A stretch of 64,000 nt of DNA from assembly GCA_963742295.1 (NCBI GenBank), contig CAVULI010000007.1, positions 213,372 to 277,371 on the forward strand, read 5' to 3'. A model generated the notes under the pieces. That model ran no database searches, had not been told where the DNA came from, and worked only from the letters and a program-made list of their open reading frames with translations. This DNA comes from an uncultured Verrucomicrobiae bacterium. GTDB lineage: Bacteria > Verrucomicrobiota > Verrucomicrobiia > Chthoniobacterales > UBA10450. Numbering within the stretch: the first letter of the stretch is position 1; every line of letters begins with the position of its first letter. A program made the translations under genes and the position numbers. Shown here piece after piece: positions 56,073 through 64,000 of the stretch.

Positions 56073-59000
56073 GTGAAGAAGTCCGTACGTACCCAAGCTG
56101 GATTCTTTAGAATCCGCCTTGTTCTCGCTCTCTTGCTTTGTTGCTGCGGCGCCTTTCTCGCCCTCGTCGCGGCCCCGGTTTCCAGTCAGGATAAGCAAGG
56201 CGGCGGGCCGGTGGTGATCAGGGCATCCGGCTTCAGCGAATCCATGGCGGTGCGCGATCTCCCGCCAGCGGTAGCCGGTAGCAAATCCGCGCGCAGAGAA
56301 GAAGAGGAAGAAAACGAGATCAACCCGCAAAATCGCGAACTCATCCGTCACGTTGATCCCAACGCCCCCAGGACGAGCGACGCCGCCCTTTCCTCAAAGC
56401 AAACGCTGCAACGCCCCAATGCGGTCACACCTCGTGCCCTGCCGACGCCGTCCGTGAGCTTCGAGGGGATGTCCTCTGCCGACACGGTCGCCCTCGGCCA
56501 GGGCTATCTGCCGCCGGATACCAATGGTGCGGTCGGGCCGACCCAATACGTGCAGACGGTCAACGTCACTTTCCGTGTTTGGGACAAGGCGGGAAATCCC
56601 CTAACGAACACGGCTACTATGGGCAGCCTTTTCGCAACGTTGGGCACCCCTTGTGCGAATACGAACGATGGCGACCCCGTCGTGTTCTACGACCAATTGG
56701 CTGACCGCTGGATCATCAGTGAGTTCTGCATCAGCGTGGCCAATCCGAACATGCATGAGATCATCGCCGTCTCGAAAACCGGCGACGCAACGGGCGCATA
56801 TTATCTTTACGATTTCATGATGCCCAACAGCGACTTTAACGATTACCCGCATTTTGGCCTCTGGGGCGATGCCTACTACATGACGGACAACCAGTTCCAA
56901 GGAAACACCTACCTGAACGTAGGCGTGTTCGCTTTCGATCGCGCCAAAATGCTGGCCGGTGATCCGACCGCGAGCTTCGTTTACTTCGATACCCATGTCT
57001 TGTTCCCGCCCGGGACCGGCATCAATGGCAATGGCACGGGCGGCATGCTCCCGGCCAGCGTCGATGGATTCGTCGCACCACCCGTCGGCGCGCCCTGTCC
57101 CTTCGTTTACTTCCAGGCAAATGAATTCGAAGACCCCGGCGACCAGTTGCGCATTTTCGATTTCCACACCGATTTCACAACTCCGGCAAACTCCACCTTC
57201 ACCGAGCGCGTCGGTAGTCCGCTTCCCGTGGCCGCCTTTGATCCTGTCACTGTCCCGGATGCGCGCAACGCCATCCCCCAACCCCCCCCGGCTACCAGCA
57301 GCACCTATCTCGACGCGATTCAGGATCGCATTATGTTCCGCCTCGCCTACCGAAACTTCGGCAGCAGTGAGGCGCTCGTCCTCAATCACACGGTTAACGC
57401 GGCAACCAACCCGGCCTACCGCGCCGCGGTTCGCTGGTATGAACTCACGCGCGCCACACCGAGCAGTGCCTTCACCGTTGCGGAGCAGCAGACTTTCGAC
57501 GGGACCGCGGCCAATACGGACAATCGTTGGATGGGCAGCATCGCCATGAATTTCCAAGGCGACATTGCCCTGGGCTACAGCGTCTCCAGCACGAGCGTTT
57601 TTCCGTCCATCCGTTATGCCGCCAAACTCGGCACCGATCCTGCCGGCAGTGGACTGGCCCAGGGCGAACAGACAATCGTGGCCGGCGGCGGCTCGCAAAC
57701 GAGCAATAGCAGCCGCTGGGGCGACTACAGTGACATGACCGTCGATCCTTCCGACGATTGTACTTTTTGGTACACGCAGGAATATTATTCTGCCACGAGC
57801 GGCGGAAGCTGGCGCACGCGCATCGCGAAATTCACTCCCGGCACGCAAGCCGTTTCCCCGCGCGGTACCATTTCCGGCACGATTACGAACTGCTCCTCTG
57901 GCCAGCCGCTCCCGAATGCCGTGGTCACAGTTTCTGGCGGATTCACCCGAACGACCGCGGTCGATGGCACCTTCAGCATGACGGTTGCCCCCGGGACCTA
58001 CAGCGCCACCATCACAGCGCCGGGAGCGACGCCCGTGACGCAAAACAATATCGTCGTCACGGACGGCAACACTGCGACCGTGAATGCCTGTCTCACTGGT
58101 CCGCCGATCGTGTCGGCCGACGACCGCGCCCATCACGGCTGATTCGTGTAACACGAACGGAGTCATCGACCCTAACGAGACGGTCACGGTCAATTTCGGC
58201 ATCAAGAATACCGGGCTAGTCAGCACCACCAATCTCGTGGCCACGCTGCAGACCTCGGGCGGCGTCACGAACCCGAGTGGTCCGCAGACCTACGGAGCGA
58301 TCGCCTCCGGCGGCGGCACCGCCGTGAAATCCTTCACCTTCACCGCCGGGGGTGTAACGTGCGGTTCGGTTGTCACCGCCACACTCCAACTCCAGGATGG
58401 CGCGACCAATTTCGGAACCATCACCTACAACTTCCAAATCGGCACCCAGACCGTCGCGTTGAGCGAGAGTTTCGATGCTGTGAGCGCACCGGCTCTGCCC
58501 AGCGGCTGGACCGCGACGAACGTGGTCGGTGGTCCGCCGCTCTGGGCCACATCGACTACCGTACCTGACACTGCGCCTAACGAGGTGTCCGTTGCTGATC
58601 CCCCGACTGTATCCGACAAGGTTCTCACCACCCCTTCGATTAACATCACCTCCACCGCCGCCCAGGTGACTTTCCGTCATGAGTACGACTTCGAGAACTC
58701 GTATGACGGCGGTGTTCTCGAGGTCTCCTCTCCGAATATCAACGGCGGCATGTTCACAGACATTACAAACCCGGGAGTCGGCGGCAGCTTCGTGGACGGC
58801 GGATACAATTCCACTATCAGTCCTTTGTACGATAATCCGTTAGCCGGACGACCGGCCTGGTCCGGGACGTTGTTCGGATATTCAACGGTCACGGCCAATC
58901 TCGGCCCGAATGTGGCAGGACACGCCATCAAGCTGCGGTTCCGCCTCGGCTCCGATACCGGCACCAGCGGCGGCGGTTGGCGGATTGACGGCGTGAAAGT

Positions 59001-60672
59001 TTCAAACGGCTATCAGTGTTGCGGCCTTCTCATGACGGCGAGCGGACCGGCCGTGTTAACCGCGGAAGGATTCGCTCCCGCCGATGGAGCGCCTGATCCG
59101 GGTGAACCGGTCACGGTTAACCTGCCTCTGTCGAACGTGGGAACCGTGAATAGCAGCAATCTCGTCGCAACGTTGCAGGCTACCGGCGGCGTCACTTCAC
59201 CGAGCGCGCCGCAGAACTACGGCGCCGTGGTCGCGGCCGGCCCCAGTGTCAGCCGATCGTTCACGTTTACCGCCGCGGGCAATTGCGGCGATAACATTAC
59301 CCTGACCCTCGCCTTGCAGGATGGTGCCACGAATCTTGGCACGGCGACGTTCACCATGAGATTGGGAACGCGCAACACGCTCTTCAGTGAAGCGTTTGAC
59401 GGCGTTAGTGCCCCGGCCTTACCGGCCGGTTGGACCACCGCCGTCTCCGGCGCTGAATCGGCCTGGGTCACGTCAATCACCACACCAAGCAATGCGCCTA
59501 ACGACGCATTCGCCCCTGACGCGACCAATATCGGCAATACAGAATTAATCACACCGACTATCGCAGTCCCCGCTGGCGGTGGACAACTCACCTTTAGGAA
59601 CCTGTTCAATATGGAAGGCGATGCCACCAGCGGCTATGACGGCATGGTGTTGGAAATCAGCATCAACGGCGGGGCCTTCGCTGACATAACGAACGGTGGC
59701 AACGCCTTCACCACCGGCGGCTACACCCGCACCATCGCGTCAATATACGGCAGCCCAATTGCCGGCCGCCCGGCCTGGAGCGGCCTTTCCGGCGGGACGA
59801 CAGCCGCGCCGGCTTACATCACCTCTACGATTAATCTTCCGGCCGCCGCGGCAGGACAGAACATCAAGTTGAAATGGCGCGCCGCCACCGACAACAGCGC
59901 CGCCGCCGCCGGCGCCGCCGGAGTCCGCATCGACGATATCAAGATCACGGGTGTAGCGAATGTGTGTATTGGCACGCAGGCGCCGGCGATCACAAATGGG
60001 CCTCCTCCGTCACTCGCCGTTGTGGGAACGCCTTATAACTTCGCCTTCACCGCGACAGGAAACCCTGCGCCGACGTTCAGCCTGAAAGACGGCACGCTGC
60101 CGCCGGGCCTCAACCTCTCGTCCGCCGGTGTTCTCTCCGGCAATACTTCAGGCGGCACTGGCAGTTATCCGAACATCACCGTGGCCGCGACCAACGGCAT
60201 CATGCCGGACGTTAGCCAGACGTTCAGCATGACGACGGCGACAACCTCGGGGAACTACCTTGCATCGTTCGGCCTAACCGGTGGCAATGCCGCGCTGCTC
60301 TTTGATTACGACGGCGACGGTATCGCCAACCTGCTCGAGTATGCCCTCGGTCTGAATCCGACCATAAACAGCCAAAGCGGTCTGCCGGTCGTGACGTTGA
60401 AAGATTACAGCGGCACAAAATATCTCTCGATGACCTTCAACCGCTCATCGCTCGCCACCGATCTGACCTACAACGTCCAGGTCTCGGGCGATCTCGGTTC
60501 ATGGACCACGGTCGGCTCGAGCACGGGAGGTGGCGTCACCACCGGTCTCGGCTTCGTCGGTGAAATCGGTGGAATCCCTGCAGGTGCAAGCTTCTCCGTC
60601 GAAGTCCGCGACATCGTTCCCTTCAATCCGGACGTGAAGCGCTTCATCCGCCTCCAAGTCACCACGCCGTAA
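56073..60672 (+). CDS. Large (about 1530 aa) secreted multidomain protein; reading frame interrupted at about 58118
   Basis: GTG start with a signal-like MKKSVRTQAGFFRIRLVLALLLCCCGAFLALVAAP. Domains in order: N-terminal propeller-like domain (SSRWGDYSDMTVDP), a CarboxypepD_reg-like domain, two tandem modules of about 300 aa, a putative Ig domain, and a DYDGDGIANLLEYALGLNP C-terminal module. The track splits it into 56073..58142 and 58084..60672. Confidence 0.7.
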
Positions 60673-60830
60673 CCGCATACTCAATGCGTAGTGCAGGGCG
60701 CAGGTATGGACGCCTTCTTCTCAACGTTCAGCTCAAATCCGCGCCGTCTGAGCCTGAGATTGCCACTGTGTTTGCTTCTCGGCGACTGATCGACAGGCCG
60801 GGCAAAAAAGGTTAGGTCGTCAGGCAAGTA

Positions 60831-61598
60831 ATGACTGAACGCGACGAAGAGATCTCGAGCGCCATGCCGGCGAATCTCGACGCCTTGCCGCGTCGGGGCG
60901 GGTTTCGCCTGCGCGGGATGGATATGACGAGGCTGGAAGGTTTCGTCGATGCCGCGTTCGCCTTTGCCGTTACCATGCTGGTTATCGCCGGACAACAAGT
61001 GCCGGACGATCTCGATACTTTGCTGCATGCTTTCGGCAATGTGCCGGCGTTCGCGGCCTCGATCGCGGTGCTGGCGATCTTCTGGCGCGGTCACTGGCTG
61101 TGGAGCCGGCGCTACGGATTGGAAGACAGCGTCTCTATCTGGATCAGCTGGGCCATCATCTTCACCATGCTGATCTATGTCTATCCCTTGAAAATTGTTT
61201 TTGGCGGAATGTTTGCCGGTTTGAGTAATGGCCGCATCGGCCAGGGGATCAGGATTCATTCTTTTGCCCAGGGGCGCGCGCTCTTTGCAAATTATGCTCT
61301 CGGTTTTGCCGCGATCTCATTTGAAATGGTTTTGCTTTACCTGCATGCCTGGCGCCTGCGCGAACCGTTACGATTAAACGAAGCGGAGAAATTCATGACG
61401 CGCGGCGCGATCATCGGCTGGTGTATCCCGGGTAGCACGGGACTGCTTTCACTCCTGCTCGCGGTCACTCTGCCGAACGGACAGATATCGTGGAGCGGCT
61501 GGATATATTTCCTAATGTTCCTCATCCTGCCCGGTTATCGTCGCGCACGGCGGCGCAGCTTCGCGCGGATGCAAGAAATGCAGGCCGCATCGGCATGA
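60831..61598 (+). CDS. TMEM175/DUF1211-family membrane protein (putative K+ channel)
   Basis: 255 aa with the hallmark RLEGFVDAAFAFAVTMLVI in the first TM and about 6 TM segments. Confidence 0.65.
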   Translation: MTERDEEISSAMPANLDALPRRGGFRLRGMDMTRLEGFVDAAFAFAVTMLVIAGQQVPDDLDTLLHAFGNVPAFAASIAVLAIFWRGHWLWSRRYGLEDSVSIWISWAIIFTMLIYVYPLKIVFGGMFAGLSNGRIGQGIRIHSFAQGRALFANYALGFAAISFEMVLLYLHAWRLREPLRLNEAEKFMTRGAIIGWCIPGSTGLLSLLLAVTLPNGQISWSGWIYFLMFLILPGYRRARRRSFARMQEMQAASA

Positions 61599-61748
61599 TT
61601 TTGTCTGTGAGGAGACACCGTTAAATCGTGCCGGAGAAATTCCCAAAAGTACCTAACGAGAAGAAGACCTCGGTGGCGGACGAATCGCGGATGTCCTGCG
61701 CACAAGTGTCGCGTTGCCGGGCGATTTCGCTATAGTGCCGGGAGTCGT

Positions 61749-63206
61749 ATGAAGTTAGCTCGCAGTCTAATTCTTGCCGTGGCGCTTTCCCTCCTTGCCT
61801 TTGCCGCCGCGGACGCGAGCACGCTCCGCATTGTATCCTATAACGTCGATAGCTTCGATGAAGGGAGCGACAACAACATCATCGGCCCGACCTACAGCAT
61901 TCCGACCGTGATTCAGGCGATCGGGCTGCATCATCTGGGCAGTAATGCGCAGCCCGTGGATGTGCTGGGTGTGGAGGAACTTCTTGCGACCACGCTTTCG
62001 AACCTAACGAATCAGCTCAATGCCATTTATGGCGCAGGCACCTATGCTTTCGACACTACCAAAGGTAAGACTACGGGTGGCGGGGCGGACGGACTTATCT
62101 ACAACACGCATACCGTGCAGGTCGTATCGGCACGGGCGCTGCCCACCGGGCAGACCGTGCTTCTCCAGCCGGATGGTACCTATACCGCGGCCTATTCTGC
62201 CGGCGGCGGGATGAACGGCGCCACGCGTGGGCCCTTGGTCTATCAACTGCGGCCGGTCGGCTATGGGGCGAGTGAAGATTTCTACCTTTACGTCGATCAC
62301 GCGCGCAGCTCGACCGATAACTCGTTAGGCGACGCGCGCTATGCCGAGGCGCAGGAAGTCCGCAGCGACGCGAAGTATAACCTGCCCGCGGGCGCACATA
62401 TCATTTACTCTGGCGATTGGAACCTCTTTAGCGGAAGCAACGAGAACGCCTATAAGTGTCTTACCGGCCAGGTTACTTCCGATGGGATCGACTGGAGCGA
62501 TGGCAGCGTCATCTGGGCGAATGCCAACCAGACACAGGTCTACGATCCGGTGTCCAAGACTGCGCCCGCGACTACGTCTACTTGGCGAAATGTTACTGCC
62601 GATCACGCCCTGTATCTGTATAACAGTTCTACTACCTCACTCGCGTCGCGTCTCGATGTCCAACTGGTGAACGCGCCCATGCTTGCTGCTTACAACAAGC
62701 AAGGCGGGGTGCAATTAGCTTCCGATACCTCCGATCCTTACGATAGCTCGAACTTTCCCTCTTCCCAGTATCCCTATGCCTTCGAGACCTTCGGTAACAA
62801 TGGCTCAACTGCGCGTAGCCGGGCCGCTACCGACTCCGCTAACCATTCTTTGGATGACCTGGCCAATACCACACCTAATGCCGCTACCGTCTATGCTGCC
62901 CTGAAGCAAACCGGTAGCGGAGAAACGTCTACCGGAAGCGACCATTATCCGGTCGTCGGAGATTACGTTGTTGTGCCAACTCCGGTTGTCCTGACAGCAC
63001 AAGGCCTGGGGACAAACGGATCCTTCCAGCTCAAGCTAACCTCGACGCCGAACAGCGGTTTTGAAATACAAGCTTCGACCGACTTGAGTAGCTGGAACAA
63101 CCTGGGCCCGGGCTACACCGACGCAAACGGCTTGCTGATTTTTCAGGATACAAACGCCGGTGCTTTTACCCGCCGCTTCTATCGCGCGATCTGGCCCTTG
63201 CCGTAA
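61749..63206 (+). CDS. Secreted endonuclease/exonuclease/phosphatase (EEP) family protein with a C-terminal beta-sandwich module
   Basis: Signal peptide, then LRIVSYNV...GSDHYPVVGDY, and the C-terminus GFEIQASTDLSSWNNLG...RRFYRAIWPLP. Confidence 0.7.
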   Translation: MKLARSLILAVALSLLAFAAADASTLRIVSYNVDSFDEGSDNNIIGPTYSIPTVIQAIGLHHLGSNAQPVDVLGVEELLATTLSNLTNQLNAIYGAGTYAFDTTKGKTTGGGADGLIYNTHTVQVVSARALPTGQTVLLQPDGTYTAAYSAGGGMNGATRGPLVYQLRPVGYGASEDFYLYVDHARSSTDNSLGDARYAEAQEVRSDAKYNLPAGAHIIYSGDWNLFSGSNENAYKCLTGQVTSDGIDWSDGSVIWANANQTQVYDPVSKTAPATTSTWRNVTADHALYLYNSSTTSLASRLDVQLVNAPMLAAYNKQGGVQLASDTSDPYDSSNFPSSQYPYAFETFGNNGSTARSRAATDSANHSLDDLANTTPNAATVYAALKQTGSGETSTGSDHYPVVGDYVVVPTPVVLTAQGLGTNGSFQLKLTSTPNSGFEIQASTDLSSWNNLGPGYTDANGLLIFQDTNAGAFTRRFYRAIWPLP

Positions 63207-63395
63207 GCAGAGAGCTACTTCAAACTTCCAAAAGCGGTTGCAGTCTCGAAAGTAAGCGAAGCCGGGCTTTCAAAGGAACCTTATTTCTTCCCTCCTGATT
63301 TCTGGTTTTATGGCTTTGAAATTTCCCTTATTCATCTTTCTGCGGGTGAGACACCCGCCTCTACACACGAGAAAACGGATAGAAACAAAGATCAT

Positions 63396-64000
63396 ATGAG
63401 CGATTTTCTCTCTGAATTCCTTCCGCCGGAGTGGGCGGTGTGCCTTTCGATCGCGGCCTTGCTGCTCCTGCTCGCAGAAGCGGGATTTCGGTCTGGCTTC
63501 CGACTTTACGCGAAGAAGGATGATTCACATACAAGACAGATCGCCGGCATCCAGGGCGCAGTCCTCGCCCTGCTCGGATTGCTGCTCGGCTTCACCATGG
63601 CGATGGCGGTGAACCGCTATGACACGCGCCGGAACCTTATCGTGAAGGAAGCCAACGCCATCAACACCACCTACCTCCGGGCCTCACTTCTGTCCGAGCC
63701 GCATCAGATGCCGATCCGCGACCTGCTGCGCCGATATGTCGATATCCGGGTCAAGTATGCGGCCCTCGCGGTTGACCCAGCCAAGCTCGCCGAGGGACTA
63801 CGCGCCAGCGCGGAGATCGAAGGCGAACTCTGGAATCACGCCGTCGCCGCAGCGAAAGAAGCACCCAATAACATTACCGGTACGTTTATCACGTCGGTCA
63901 ACGAATTGATCGCCACCGACGCCGAACGTCTCGCGGCCGGGCGGGCCTACATTCCTGGTGGCGTCTGGCTGTTGCTAATCATTGTGGCCGGGTTCGGTTG
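63396..64000 (+). CDS. DUF4239-like membrane protein (3' end cut by window edge)
   Basis: ATG 63396. The frame stays open to the window end: MSDFLSEFLPPEWAVCLSIAALLLLLAEAGF...LLGFTMAMAVNRYDTRRNLIVKEANAINTTYLRA. It is absent from the ORF track because no stop is reached. Confidence 0.55.
   Translation, partial: MSDFLSEFLPPEWAVCLSIAALLLLLAEAGFRSGFRLYAKKDDSHTRQIAGIQGAVLALLGLLLGFTMAMAVNRYDTRRNLIVKEANAINTTYLRASLLSEPHQMPIRDLLRRYVDIRVKYAALAVDPAKLAEGLRASAEIEGELWNHAVAAAKEAPNNITGTFITSVNELIATDAERLAAGRAYIPGGVWLLLIIVAGFG

Noticed and set aside
1-64000. The abundant word as a restriction/modification target, a Chi/KOPS-like polar signal, or part of a longer MITE.
   Set aside because: The word is non-palindromic. 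Orientation is mixed (35:23) with no switch point in the window. The sequences flanking different copies are unrelated coding sequence. None of these alternatives is fully excluded without genome-wide data.

Overview
A roughly 60% GC chromosomal segment. PEP-CTERM tails, giant proteins built of autotransporter-associated beta-strand repeats, and recurrent C-terminal modules on secreted enzymes suggest a Verrucomicrobia/PVC-type soil bacterium; this is inference only. Most of the window is housekeeping. It contains asd, two L,D-transpeptidases, and a histidine-utilisation cluster (hutH-hutU-ftcD-hutG-hutI) joined by start/stop overlaps to tig-clpP-clpX-cinA. It also contains fkpA, rsfS-nadD, nagZ, mpl, ychF, a P1B-type metal ATPase, an HDAC-family deacetylase, an M3 peptidase, korAB, an MBOAT operon opposite a KAS gene, a TPR glycosyltransferase, several large secreted or adhesin-like proteins, and two tRNAs. 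I found no rRNA, CRISPR array, integrase or transposase. Four things stand out. (1) The word GCCTAACGAGT (core CCTAACGA) occurs about once per kb on both strands, inside genes in every tolerated frame and at gene ends, roughly 30-fold above composition expectation. This statistical profile resembles DNA-uptake sequences, and I know of no function described for it. (2) At the tRNA-Pro(GGG) locus, a small GIY-YIG nuclease ORF plus an intact tRNA-Pro lie between two partial tRNA-Pro pseudo-copies. In both pseudo-copies the anticodon arm is replaced by the same 14-nt perfect palindrome, giving 22-30 bp direct repeats around a 408-bp module. (3) There are several structured intergenic palindromes: a heptamer-array hairpin, a REP-like inverted repeat, and a MITE-like element. 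(4) At least 13 reading-frame disruptions affect otherwise conserved genes, mostly single-base insertions. These are either assembly indels or real gene decay and need read-level checking. All coordinates and counts come from manual reading and should be recomputed.
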